The notes beneath the pieces were generated by a model. It did not search any database. It had not been told where the DNA came from and saw only the letters and a list, made by a program, of their open reading frames with translations. Positions 1-9,406 of a DNA stretch of 64,000 nucleotides are shown piece by piece (the stretch's first letter is position 1; each line of letters starts with the position of its first letter). A program made the position numbers and the translations under genes. The stretch is taken from the sequence record AP018399.1. One strand, 5' to 3'.

Positions 1-91
1 AGCCATCGGGGTAGGGTGCTTTTATTTTCAAATAAAAAGTAACTCATTTAATTCCCAAACTTGTTTTGGGTATAGGCTTGTGGTATACTGG

Positions 92-325
92 TCAGTCATC
101 CTCAGTATCTTCGTCGTCCTCTTCCTCGCTGTCATCCTCTGCATCAGCAGCAGCGTCGAACATACCTTCGATGCGTGCAGTACGCTCGGCATTGATACGC
201 TCACGCTCTGCATCGCTCAGGGCATCCCATGCCTGTTGTTCCTTGGCAAGCTCAGCCTGTGCCTGTGCAGCACGCTCCTGCTCTACCTCATTGAACATAT
301 CGTCAAGGCTCATGGTCTTACGCAT
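92..325 (-). CDS. hypothetical protein, acidic C-terminus
   Basis: ORF downstream of a TTGACA-17-TATGCT promoter. Confidence 0.7.
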   Translation of the reverse strand: MRKTMSLDDMFNEVEQERAAQAQAELAKEQQAWDALSDAERERINAERTARIEGMFDAAADAEDDSEEEDDEDTEDD

Positions 326-355
326 TGCGTGTATCTCTATTGAGTTAGTGTGTAC

Positions 356-384
356 AGCATAGCACTACTAACTTATAATGTCAA
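356..384 (-). promoter_or_regulatory. sigma70-type early promoter (representative of dozens)
   Basis: TTGACA-17-TATGCT. Confidence 0.8.
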
Positions 385-749
385 GCGGCTTCCCTATCTT
401 CCCACGCCTGCCTGTCGTTGTACTCCATCAGGTCATACTCATTGCGGATGCCGTTACGCTCTGCCCATTCGGTGAGGCCGAGGGAGGCGATACGCTCACG
501 GAAGGCAGCGTCACGGGCCTCGTCTGCTGCGATGGATGCATCCACGTCATAGGCGAGGGAAGAGAACATGCTGACCCACTGCTCAGCGGTGTAGGTGTTG
601 CCATAGACCCAGCGGGCCTTGATACCGTGGGCATCCTTGTAGTGTTCGCAGTAGGAGTCGAACAGGTCGGCGGTGTCGCCCGAGTTGACGGCGTTGGTGA
701 TGTTGGCGATGACTGCTTCGGTGATGGAGGGGTGCAGGTTCATGGTCAT
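381..749 (-). CDS. hypothetical protein
   Basis: ORF with its own promoter; start trimmed to the ATG after an SD-like AGG. Confidence 0.7.
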   Translation of the reverse strand: MTMNLHPSITEAVIANITNAVNSGDTADLFDSYCEHYKDAHGIKARWVYGNTYTAEQWVSMFSSLAYDVDASIAADEARDAAFRERIASLGLTEWAERNGIRNEYDLMEYNDRQAWEDREAA

Positions 750-828
750 CGCCTTGCGTAGTTGGTATGTGTGTAGAATACAAAAGGGGCTGACAAATGT
801 CAACCCCTAATGTATGTTGGTTGTGGTG

Positions 829-1218
829 TTACAGGGTGACCACGATGTAGGGCAGGCCACCGGGGAAGGCTCCCCACATGGGCCGGGGCAGGACGGGCTT
901 GGCGAGGCCGAGGGCTTGGCCCAGCATGAAGAGGCCATCCGCGTCGCGTTGTTCGCCGTACTGCGTGCCGTCCTTGGTGACGACCATGTTCAGCATGGAC
1001 ATGCCACCGCCCTTGTCGTGCATGAAGTCGTCGGCGAGTTGGCCGAGCATGGAGCGAACGTCTTCCCGGTGGGATTCCAGTCGGCCCGGATGGAAACCGA
1101 CTTGCATCATGACGCCTTGGGCGGCGACGTAATCGGTCGGGGGTCCGTTGGCGACTTCCTCGTCCTTGAACAGACAGTCATGGATGACGGACTTGATGTT
1201 GGCAGCGGTGAGTTCCAT
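829..1218 (-). CDS. hypothetical phage protein
   Basis: ORF with AAGGA SD and phage-typical codon use. Confidence 0.75.
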   Translation of the reverse strand: MELTAANIKSVIHDCLFKDEEVANGPPTDYVAAQGVMMQVGFHPGRLESHREDVRSMLGQLADDFMHDKGGGMSMLNMVVTKDGTQYGEQRDADGLFMLGQALGLAKPVLPRPMWGAFPGGLPYIVVTL

Positions 1219-1226
1219 GTGGTTCC

Positions 1227-1409
1227 TTAGTTCGGGAAGATGATGGCCTTGAGTTCCGCCTGCGTGTTGGCGTAGCCCATGAGTTGGTAGCCGTTCGGAA
1301 TCTTGTTGTCCTTGCGACGGTTGCGGATGGGGAAGCCGGTATGCGTGGCACCGTTGGAGCGGATGACCATGTACTTGGCCTGACGGTTGGTGTGTGCGGC
1401 GAGGGCCAT
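1227..1409 (-). CDS. hypothetical protein
   Basis: ORF with AAGGAAG SD and promoter. Confidence 0.65.
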   Translation of the reverse strand: MALAAHTNRQAKYMVIRSNGATHTGFPIRNRRKDNKIPNGYQLMGYANTQAELKAIIFPN

Positions 1410-1468
1410 GCTTGCGCTTCCTTGTGAGTGTGCGTTTATTATAGCGGCTTAACTTGGAATGTCAAGCT

Positions 1469-1852
1469 TTAATCGCTACCATTATCCATGCCGAGTAGTA
1501 CCATTGTCAGTCGGGATTCATCGCCGCCATGATGGCGCAGGAATTCCACATGGAATCCGAATACGTTGTCCCGGTCGGGCTGGACGCTCTGCACCATTTC
1601 ACGGGTGCCTGCATCTACGGGGAGCTTGCCACGGTTGCGCAGGTAGATGGCATGACCGGCACAACGCGGAGAGGATTCGATTTGCTCTTGCCAATCCGGC
1701 TGCTCATAGTCGATGAAGATATGGCAGGGCATCCGGGGAGCGAATTCCGCTTGTGAGAGGAATTCCAGCGTTGTGCTGTTGCCGAGGTAGCCCGGAGCGC
1801 TTGTGCGACGCCACGGGCATTGTGCGCAGGGTGTGGTGTGCTGCTTGCACAT
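1469..1852 (-). CDS. Cys-rich putative metal-binding protein (CxxCPW family)
   Basis: PCAQCPW plus later CH and CAGH motifs. Confidence 0.6.
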   Translation of the reverse strand: MCKQHTTPCAQCPWRRTSAPGYLGNSTTLEFLSQAEFAPRMPCHIFIDYEQPDWQEQIESSPRCAGHAIYLRNRGKLPVDAGTREMVQSVQPDRDNVFGFHVEFLRHHGGDESRLTMVLLGMDNGSD

Positions 1853-2193
1853 GGTTACAACCCTTCCACTGCTTCACGGGGAATGACGATGGGGTCTTCG
1901 GTTCCGGTGTAGGACAGGACGATGTGGGCATCCGTGACGTATTCGGACACGTCCTCATTACCGATGTACGGAATGAGGATATCGCCGGGATTCAGGCCGA
2001 GTTGTTCGGCGACGGGATGGTCGGTAACGACGTAGCGACGGGCCATTACAGTTCCACCACTTCCAGCACCCACGGGCGCTCATCGGCGGGCAGGGAGTTG
2101 ATGGCCTCTTCCTTGGAATTGGCGTTGACGTTGTGCTGACCGCCTGCGACGATGATGAGGTAATTCTTCATTGTCATTCCCTGCTGTTGGTTG

Positions 2194-2478
2194 GTGTGTT
2201 TATTATAGGCGATTGAGTTGGATTGTCAAGCTTTAGATGATGAGATTTACCAGAGACAGGGAAACGAGGGCCGTATATGCGCAAATCCAGTTGATTCGGC
2301 CGTTTCGTTCCTCTTCGGAAAAATTGCCGGTGATGAGGGTGAGAATACGCTTCATGGTCATGGCCGAGAAGACCACAAACATGATGGTAGAGAAGAGGGT
2401 GAAAAGCCCGGTAATCATGGGTATTATTCGCCGATGTAGTGTGTTTATTATAGGCGATTGAGTTGGATTGTCAAGCTT
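2194..2478. repeat. 40-bp perfect direct repeat (2194-2233, 2439-2478) containing an early promoter
   Basis: GTGTGTTTATTATAGGCGATTGAGTTGGATTGTCAAGCTT occurs twice. Confidence 0.9.
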
Positions 2479-2860
2479 CCAAATCGAAATAGATTTCGTC
2501 ATCATCGCCGCGATAGATGCGACCAGCATAGCGACCGGCGTTGCATCCTTCCTCATATTCCTTCCACCATGCCTCATCCGGATTGCTGGGCATGTCGCAT
2601 TCCCGCATGTCACCGGCAATCCATTGCAGGATGAGGGCATCCACCATTGCATCGGTGTAGTCTGCGATTTCTTCCGCCGTGTAGTCGGAAGAATTGATGA
2701 TGAAATGTTCCTTGTCCTGTCGGGCGATTTCGGGCAGCAGGTTGGTCGCATCGGCCACCGCCTGACACCACGTAATCTGACCAGCGCTCAGACCGAGTTC
2801 GGCTTGGCTGGCCGAGTAGGAGCGGGGATTGATGGCAGCGACCAGCTTCGTGATGTTCAT
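2471..2860 (-). CDS. hypothetical protein
   Basis: ORF with its own TTGCAT/TATAAT promoter. Confidence 0.7.
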   Translation of the reverse strand: MNITKLVAAINPRSYSASQAELGLSAGQITWCQAVADATNLLPEIARQDKEHFIINSSDYTAEEIADYTDAMVDALILQWIAGDMRECDMPSNPDEAWWKEYEEGCNAGRYAGRIYRGDDDEIYFDLEA

Positions 2861-2898
2861 GGCTTGATGCCCTTGTGTGGTGTGTTTATTATACACAC

Positions 2899-3186
2899 TT
2901 AGATGGCAGATGCAACATGCTTGCGCAGCAGTTCCGCGATTTCCACGGCCATTGCATCCGGCTCTTCGCTGTTCTCTTCGCGAAGGTCATTGATGTGGTC
3001 ATAGAAGCTCAGCAGAATGCAGACCATCGTGTGATGCACGTTGACGGTCGCGCCATAGCCATTATTGAAGCCCCGGTACAGGGTATAGATGATATCGCGG
3101 GAACGATTCGACCAGAACTTGGTGTGCGTATCCTCATAGATGCGCTCGGCCTGCTCATAGGTGAATTCGATGGTGTAGATGTTCAT
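2899..3186 (-). CDS. hypothetical protein
   Basis: ORF with AAGGGA SD and promoter. Confidence 0.7.
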   Translation of the reverse strand: MNIYTIEFTYEQAERIYEDTHTKFWSNRSRDIIYTLYRGFNNGYGATVNVHHTMVCILLSFYDHINDLREENSEEPDAMAVEIAELLRKHVASAI

Positions 3187-3244
3187 CGTATGGTTCCCTT
3201 GTATGTGGGTGTCATTATACACAAATAAATTAAGCCGTCAAGTG

Positions 3245-3288
3245 TTGACATTATAATTTAGTTGCTGTAAAATGGATGGCAGGCCGGG
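3245..3288 (+). repeat. dispersed promoter-GGATGGCAGGCCGGG element, copy 1
   Basis: TTGACA-17-TAAAAT-GGATGGCAGGCCGGG. Confidence 0.9.
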
Positions 3289-3337
3289 ACTACAGCGCGC
3301 GGACAAAAAGAAAGGGAGCCAATCGGCCCCCTTCCTG

Positions 3338-3574
3338 TTACACTGCCCCGATGTACTTGGGGGCGGGTTCCATGTTGTGGAATCCCAGCTTGATGATGGT
3401 ATGCTCTTTGTACTTGATGAAGTGGAAGATGAAGAACAGGCGGAAACAGATATCGCCTTCATCATCCACATTCCACTTGAAAAGCATGTGCGGAATGTGG
3501 TAGCGATTCCACGCCCACCAGTATTGCAGTTTGATGCGGGCCTTGTACCACAGCGCGCGAATCTTCCAGCGCAT
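3338..3574 (-). CDS. hypothetical aromatic-rich protein
   Basis: ORF coupled to the upstream stop and followed by a terminator. Confidence 0.55.
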   Translation of the reverse strand: MRWKIRALWYKARIKLQYWWAWNRYHIPHMLFKWNVDDEGDICFRLFFIFHFIKYKEHTIIKLGFHNMEPAPKYIGAV

Positions 3575-3575
3575 G

Positions 3576-4250
3576 TTAGACCCCCATCGCTTCGCGGACT
3601 TCGGCGGGCAGCAGGGCGAAGCGTTCGGCGTTGATTGCATTGTAATCGTAACCGTCTTCCTTCGTGTCCATCCAATGCAGCATCCACATGAAGGGAGTTT
3701 TCGGCCACTTCTTGACGAATTCGCCGGTTTCCTTCATCCGGGTCAGCTTGTACACGAACGCTTCGCGGATATCGTAGTCGCCGACGAACGTGTAATCGCC
3801 GCGTTCGCCTTCGCAGCCACCGGAACAGCCGGACGGGTAGACGTTGTTTTGGTCGTTCGCCTTCCATGCGAAATAGACCTTGCCCATGTTCAGCGACGTG
3901 GTGCGGTAGGTTTCCATCGTCAGCAGGGCCGACAGTTCCGGATTCCAGTAGATGCGCTTTTCCTCGTCGCTCGGCTCTTCCGTATCGTCCCACGGATTGC
4001 CCTTGAACGCGACGGTTGCCAGCAGTTGGAAGCCCTGAGCCTCCACGATGGCGACAGCCTCGGCGAAGGTGATGTTGTAGTGCGTATCACGGGCAGCGCT
4101 GAGAGCATTGCGCTTGAGTTCGTTGTGACGCATGGCGAGAGCGAGGCCCAGCAGGTTGCTTTCCTCGGTCCGACGCTCGCCGGTCAGGCGTTCGGCCACG
4201 TCGATGGGGTCGAAGTCGAGGATGGTTTCCAGCGTGCTATTCTGCGGCAT
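3576..4250 (-). CDS. hypothetical phage protein
   Basis: 224-aa ORF with its own promoter. Confidence 0.8.
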   Translation of the reverse strand: MPQNSTLETILDFDPIDVAERLTGERRTEESNLLGLALAMRHNELKRNALSAARDTHYNITFAEAVAIVEAQGFQLLATVAFKGNPWDDTEEPSDEEKRIYWNPELSALLTMETYRTTSLNMGKVYFAWKANDQNNVYPSGCSGGCEGERGDYTFVGDYDIREAFVYKLTRMKETGEFVKKWPKTPFMWMLHWMDTKEDGYDYNAINAERFALLPAEVREAMGV

Positions 4251-4302
4251 TTGCCTTGTCCCGTGTGAGTGTGTGATGATTATACCGAATTAACTTGAAA
4301 TG

Positions 4303-4704
4303 TCAATCGGTCAAATCAAAATATTTCGACGTGTTGATGGTGTGCGTCTTCTTGTCGGCGTACACTGCATTGCGCAGGCCGAAATAGTAGTTGTGGAACT
4401 TCTCGTTTTGGTCGTCGCTCATGCGGTCGGTGTACTGGTTCCAATACCAGTTGACCAGCAGACAGGTGAAGGCAGCGGAGACGGTCAGGCGGTCGGCCGT
4501 CACGTCGTTGTAAGCTGCGCTCATGGTCAGTTCATCGCCATCGCACGGCAGCAGCAGGATGGTCAGGCCGTCGATGTTGGCGGTGCCCCACTGTCCACCG
4601 TTGAAGTCGCGGACCTTCTTGCGAGCCACAGCCTGAGCGTAGGCATCGAAGTGGAAGCCCTGAATCGGGTCCAGACCGAATTGCTTGATGAAGTCGATAT
4701 CCAT
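4303..4704 (-). CDS. ArdB/KlcA-like antirestriction protein
   Basis: Pattern (DFNGGQW ... AAFTCLLVN ... HNYYFGLRN) and size resemble the recalled Antirestrict family. Confidence 0.5.
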   Translation of the reverse strand: MDIDFIKQFGLDPIQGFHFDAYAQAVARKKVRDFNGGQWGTANIDGLTILLLPCDGDELTMSAAYNDVTADRLTVSAAFTCLLVNWYWNQYTDRMSDDQNEKFHNYYFGLRNAVYADKKTHTINTSKYFDLTD

Positions 4705-4756
4705 GACTGCCTCACTTCGTTGATGTGTGGTTATAATACCACACTTAAATTATATG

Positions 4757-5155
4757 TCAAGCCTCTTCGCGGAAAAGAATTCGCAGCGCGCGGGATAGCC
4801 AAAAGCCACCGACTGCGCTAGCCTTCTCCCGGTTGAACATGACTTGTCCATCCCGGAACGTCACCACGTCGTCATCCTCGCCCGTTTCGTAGGCCACGAC
4901 GTAGAAGCCTGCCCGGTCAGCCTCACGGGGAAAGCGGCAGAATGAGGCCATCATTTCAAGCGAATTCCACGCGAAGACGAATTCACGGCACCACAGGCGA
5001 TTGTTTACCGTCTGGTAATCGTGCGATGCGTGACCCTTGCGGGCCAATTCGGTGGGTTCCTCATGGGCCATGATGTTGTGCGAAATGCTCGGGCACTTGG
5101 AACGGCCGGTCAGCGGACCCAATCCATCCCTGTCTTCCAGTCGATAAACGAGCAT
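4757..5155 (-). CDS. hypothetical protein
   Basis: ORF with promoter. Confidence 0.7.
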   Translation of the reverse strand: MLVYRLEDRDGLGPLTGRSKCPSISHNIMAHEEPTELARKGHASHDYQTVNNRLWCREFVFAWNSLEMMASFCRFPREADRAGFYVVAYETGEDDDVVTFRDGQVMFNREKASAVGGFWLSRALRILFREEA

Positions 5156-5221
5156 TGCATTTCCCCGTGAGTATGTGTTAAGTATACACGAAAGAAATTG
5201 AATGTCAACAATAATTTAGAC

Positions 5222-5265
5222 TTGACAGGGTTATAATTTAGGTGTAAAATGGATGGCAGGCCGGG
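5222..5265 (+). repeat. dispersed element, copy 2
   Basis: Same consensus. Confidence 0.9.
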
Positions 5266-5347
5266 GATGTGTATCCCATGAGAAACATTGTAAACAATAA
5301 GCAACAAAAAGCCCCGACTTTCGCCGGGGCTTTTCGTGTGGTAGGGT

Positions 5348-5647
5348 TCAGGAAACCGTCTTGAGGGATTCGCGCTTGTCGATGTATCCCTTTTCGACCA
5401 GCGTATCGAACAGGGCGCAAAGGCCGTTGTTGCGATTCTTGACGGTCATGCGACCGGGGATGTTCTGGCGAACCTGACGGTCTTGGAAGATGATGGTTTC
5501 GAAGCTGCGGACCGAACCGTCTTCACGACGCTCCACCTTGCCTTCCACGGCCATCGCGTAACCCGGACGGCCATCCGGCTTGTGGGTGTAGAGATTCCAG
5601 TGGTAGCCTTCCTGCGTGGACGGAATGTACTGGCTGTCGCTGCTCAT
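5348..5647 (-). CDS. hypothetical protein
   Basis: ORF with promoter and terminator. Confidence 0.7.
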   Translation of the reverse strand: MSSDSQYIPSTQEGYHWNLYTHKPDGRPGYAMAVEGKVERREDGSVRSFETIIFQDRQVRQNIPGRMTVKNRNNGLCALFDTLVEKGYIDKRESLKTVS

Positions 5648-5694
5648 CTTGTGGCCCTTGTTGGTTGGTGTGAGTTGATTATACACCTATTGTT

Positions 5695-6039
5695 TTAATT
5701 TGCAATAGGCAATTCACCAGCCGCTTCATCCTGTCGCCACTTGGGCACCGGGACATTCTGCATTGCTTCCATGACACCACCTTCCGCACTCTTGGCTGCG
5801 GTGATAGCATCGTGATACAGACGCTTGCCGAGGAAGTGATAGCCGTTCAGGGCTTCCGGCATGTTCTTGGTGAGTTCGTTCACGGCGAACCACATGCGGG
5901 AATTGAAATTGTCTTCCGTGAATTCGGCCTTGATGCCTTCACCGATTGCGCGGAAGATGGCGTCACGTTCGGCCGCATGGAAATGGCTCATGTGGTTGCG
6001 GATGTAGCGAGCGACCCACCAGCGAATCAGACGACGCAT
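5695..6039 (-). CDS. hypothetical protein
   Basis: ORF coupled to the upstream gene. Confidence 0.65.
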   Translation of the reverse strand: MRRLIRWWVARYIRNHMSHFHAAERDAIFRAIGEGIKAEFTEDNFNSRMWFAVNELTKNMPEALNGYHFLGKRLYHDAITAAKSAEGGVMEAMQNVPVPKWRQDEAAGELPIAN

Positions 6040-6040
6040 G

Positions 6041-6244
6041 TTAGCGGCCCTTGAATGAGTTGTGTTCGGCGACGATGGTTTCCGCCAGTGCCAGCCCGTA
6101 GACGGTTGCCACAACGTCCGCTTCCGTGTCACCGTTGGGCGTGCCGTTGTCGATGCGAATCGTCCAGTTGCCATGTGCATCGGGACATTCGTCCACAATC
6201 CACTTCTTCTTGATGCGGTTGAGTTCGCTGTCGAGCTTGTTCAT
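6041..6244 (-). CDS. hypothetical protein
   Basis: ORF with promoter. Confidence 0.6.
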   Translation of the reverse strand: MNKLDSELNRIKKKWIVDECPDAHGNWTIRIDNGTPNGDTEADVVATVYGLALAETIVAEHNSFKGR

Positions 6245-6295
6245 GGTGGCGATTCCGTTGAGTGTGTAATAATTATACACACTCAAATGAAATTG

Positions 6296-6514
6296 TCAAC
6301 CCTTCTTTTTATTTTCGTCTCGGGCTTGACGGAAGCCGCGCAGCTTGTCAAGCTTGCGCCACACGTCCCGCTGCACCAGCTTGTATTCTGGGGCGTTCAG
6401 GGCGTCGAGGCGCTGGCTCAGGTCTTCGTAGTAGCTCAGCAGTAGATTGAGGTTCGCATCACTCAATGCGTCCCCATTGTCCAGCGCTTCGTTAGCCGCT
6501 CGCAGTTTGTTCAT
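6296..6514 (-). CDS. hypothetical helical protein
   Basis: ORF. Confidence 0.6.
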   Translation of the reverse strand: MNKLRAANEALDNGDALSDANLNLLLSYYEDLSQRLDALNAPEYKLVQRDVWRKLDKLRGFRQARDENKKKG

Positions 6515-6715
6515 GCGATGCGGCCTTCATAGGGATTGCCCGCCTTCCACGATTCCGGCGAACAGGTATCGGAATGGCGGGACGTGTGGTTGGTCCAGTA
6601 GACCTTGCCATCTTCCACCTTGACCAGCGTGTACGTCGAGCCACGCCACTTGACTTCGTTCGGGAGATTTTCGCTCACGGCCTTGCCTCTTTGATGATGT
6701 GTTTATTATAACACG

Positions 6716-7009
6716 TCAAAAGTATTTGTCAATATCCTGTTGCATCTTGACAATGCCAACGGGATTGGCAGAATGGACACGGACCACAGCCGGAACGGTC
6801 GCACCTTCCAGCTTGCGCATGATGATGTATTGCAGCACGTCCCAGCCCGTCATTTCCTTGTTTCCGTAGAATGACGCGATATCGTGGTCTAGCGAAACTT
6901 CATCGTATTCGCCAGAGTCGAGCATGACGATGGCTTGATGAAAGTTGCGGGCCACGTCCCAGCCTTCGGGGCATGGCCGCAAATCATCCACGTACAGCCT
7001 GCGGCTCAT
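6716..7009 (-). CDS. cyclic-phosphate-processing receiver (REC)-like domain protein
   Basis: LYVDDLR ... VSLDHDI ... TGWDVL ... VHSANPVG motifs. Confidence 0.7.
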   Translation of the reverse strand: MSRRLYVDDLRPCPEGWDVARNFHQAIVMLDSGEYDEVSLDHDIASFYGNKEMTGWDVLQYIIMRKLEGATVPAVVRVHSANPVGIVKMQQDIDKYF

Positions 7010-7203
7010 TCGACTTTGCCCGTGCCGTGGCAGTAGGTGCAACGCTCTTCGTAGTTTTCCACTTTGGTAGACGGGAAATAACCCATCCCCAGCGCGGCAC
7101 CCATGATGACGCCCATCGCCATATCCGGGACAACACGGGTTTGCGTGCGGGTGCCCTTGCCGTAGCAGAAACTACAATTGCGCTTCTCTTTCTTGTCGCT
7201 CAT
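7006..7203 (-). CDS. DnaJ-type zinc-finger small protein
   Basis: CSFCYGKG and CTYCHGTG repeats. Confidence 0.65.
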   Translation of the reverse strand: MSDKKEKRNCSFCYGKGTRTQTRVVPDMAMGVIMGAALGMGYFPSTKVENYEERCTYCHGTGKVE

Positions 7204-7529
7204 TACAGCTTTTCCTTGAGTTGACGCATGATTTCCAGCGAATCATTGCGGTACAGCTTCATCGTGTGGTGAATGTCTTCCACGTCCAGCACGATGTAAA
7301 ATGAATCATCGTTGTGGTCTTCATCCCAATCAGCCACAGCGAAGTTTTCACGCGGGAAGATGATGATTGAATCATTGTCTTCACCGACGTAGAAAATGAT
7401 TTGGTCGGTTGCGTCGGAATAGCCAACGCTCTCCACCAGCGTTGCACCGTTGACGATGATGGTCACGGAAGCGAGTAGCAGGGCAATCGCTCGGCCGGAT
7501 TCGATGGGGTTTGCAGGCTGGAAAGGCAT
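7203..7529 (-). CDS. hypothetical protein
   Basis: ORF with AAGGA SD. Confidence 0.7.
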   Translation of the reverse strand: MPFQPANPIESGRAIALLLASVTIIVNGATLVESVGYSDATDQIIFYVGEDNDSIIIFPRENFAVADWDEDHNDDSFYIVLDVEDIHHTMKLYRNDSLEIMRQLKEKL

Positions 7530-7559
7530 TGTATGTTCCTTAGTTGAGAAAGGCCGGGA

Positions 7560-7673
7560 TTACTCCCAGCCCTTCTTTGCGTGCTTCTCTTTGCGCTTGT
7601 AGTCGTTCTTACGGTCGCGATGGGTAGCGGCCTTGTTGAACTTGTGGGCGTTCTTGGCGACCGGGTTGTTCAT
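7560..7673 (-). CDS. small basic protein (MNNPVAKNAHKFNKAA...)
   Basis: GGAG SD; resembles a recalled small conserved T4-like phage protein. Confidence 0.6.
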   Translation of the reverse strand: MNNPVAKNAHKFNKAATHRDRKNDYKRKEKHAKKGWE

Positions 7674-7732
7674 AGCACTAGCTCCGTAGTTGATGTGTGC
7701 TAGTATACTTATAATTTTCCCGGTGTCAAGCG

Positions 7733-8127
7733 TTATTTGTTCGCTTCGATGATTTTTTCTGCGAACTCCACGACTTCCCACATGGCATTGCGAACTTCAC
7801 CGTATCCGGCAGAATGCCCATCATCGTATGCCTTGGAATAGCAGGCATTGAACGTGGCATCATTCAGATGGGAATGCTCGCCGCGCAGCTTTTCCTTCCA
7901 GATGCCTTCCAGCACGGAACGCTGATGGCGGTAGATGCGTTCGGCGTCCGCGTAGGCCACCATATCGCGCTCATGGGCTTCCAGTGCATCGGCATGGGCA
8001 CGGAAGTCGGCCGGGTCTTGTCGCGGCCCAGCGTGGAAATGCTCGGCTTCTGCGGACGGCTCGGGTAGGGCAGTTCACGCAGGGCGGTTTCGATTTCGGC
8101 GAACGTGTTGTCGGTCGTGATGTTCAT
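7733..8127 (-). pseudogene. frameshifted hypothetical protein (one-base shift near 8017)
   Basis: N-terminal ORF has the promoter and start; the -1 frame continues as DPADFRAHADALEAHERDMVAY... with natural codon use. Confidence 0.55.
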
Positions 8128-8157
8128 GTGTTTATTATAGTCCCTTATCTTGAAATG

Positions 8158-8388
8158 TCAAGTGGGTTGACGTTCTTTCATGCGCTGTTGGATGATGCGC
8201 AAGCGCTGCTCTTCGGCCGTGGTCGGCGGCAGATGGTCGCGGTAGCTCTTGACCACTTCGTCAACGTGCCACGACGAAATCATGCCCTTGTCGTCCAGCT
8301 TATCGCCGTGTGCGAACTGCACGAAAGCTTCGAAGCTTTCCGGTTCCAGCAGACGGGATTCCGCGACTTTCTTGAGGTCGTGCCACAT
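8158..8388 (-). CDS. hypothetical protein
   Basis: ORF with GGAGG SD. Confidence 0.65.
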   Translation of the reverse strand: MWHDLKKVAESRLLEPESFEAFVQFAHGDKLDDKGMISSWHVDEVVKSYRDHLPPTTAEEQRLRIIQQRMKERQPT

Positions 8389-8620
8389 GATTACTTCCCT
8401 CCGATGAGGAACAGGGCCAGCGAACCGAGGAACCACAGCGCGGCGATGGTGGCGATGCTGTTGAACTTCGGACGGTACCAGTTGTTCTTGTAGGCTTCGA
8501 CCAGCGTCAGGATGATGAGGACGATGCTGATGAGGTTCCAGAGAATCATGCGGGCCGTTCCGTAGTGGGTATGTGTGTAGAATATAGGGGTTAACTTCTC
8601 TTGTCAACCCCTATTTTCAA

Positions 8621-8886
8621 TTAAAATCCCTTCGACCAATCCTCAACGCCCAAGATTTCGAACAGGCGTTCGCGGGTGACCACTTCGATAGCCTTCATAT
8701 CGCGTTCGGCCATGATTCGATTGGCCTGCCGGACCGCACCATGCATGGTCGTGTAGGCAAAGTTTTTGCGCAGGTAGGCCGCATCGAAGTCACGGGTGAA
8801 GTATCCCGGCTTATGTGATTCGCGGGCTTGCGCATCCACACATTGAACATGGGGGCATTCGGGTCAATGATGTAGAACGTGTCCAT
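8621..8886 (-). pseudogene. frameshifted hypothetical protein (extra TG at 8836-8844)
   Basis: MDTFYIIDPNAPMFNV joins DAQARESHK... if one TG of TGTGTGG is removed. Confidence 0.5.
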
Positions 8887-8958
8887 TTCGGCACCGAGTT
8901 GGAGTATGTGTGTAAGCATACGCCATCCAATCCCGGTTGTCAAGTGCTTTACACAAAT

Positions 8959-8990
8959 AAAAACGCCGACTAGGATTGCGCTAGTCGGCG
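8959..8990 (-). terminator. intrinsic terminator
   Basis: CGCCGACTAG/CTAGTCGGCG plus U-tract. Confidence 0.85.
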
Positions 8991-9406
8991 GTGAATCTCT
9001 CAAAACCCCTATTTCGGCAACAATCGGGGGCCGGGGTGTGCATCCCCTCTCAAATCCCTTCACGTTGAATGTATGCACCATTCAACCTATAGAAGCGCCG
9101 TCCGCTCTTCCGGGTTCACTGTCACGGCTCCGCAACGTCCCGACTTCTCTAGGGATACATTCCCTACTGTTTCGACATGCAATAAGGTCATAACTCCCTA
9201 TCGTCTCACATGCCAGCGTCAGGCTTGAACAGTTGTCAATCTTTTAAATTAGTCAAAAGTTTAAGCGTCTCAAGATGAAATTAGGTCATGGTATTAGAAG
9301 GCACTACCCTCCTTTTCACTATTTAATTTATCAGTTCACTTAGGGCCGGACTGGTTACCGGGAGAGATTGCAGGTTATCATACCTGCATCATTTGTCAAG
9401 CGGTTT

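Noticed and set aside
66-362. Ser/Ala-rich plus-strand ORF
   Set aside because: Antisense reading of the acidic minus-strand gene.
9200-9370. AT-rich stretch as a replication origin
   Set aside because: No iterons or other supporting pattern; AT richness alone is insufficient.
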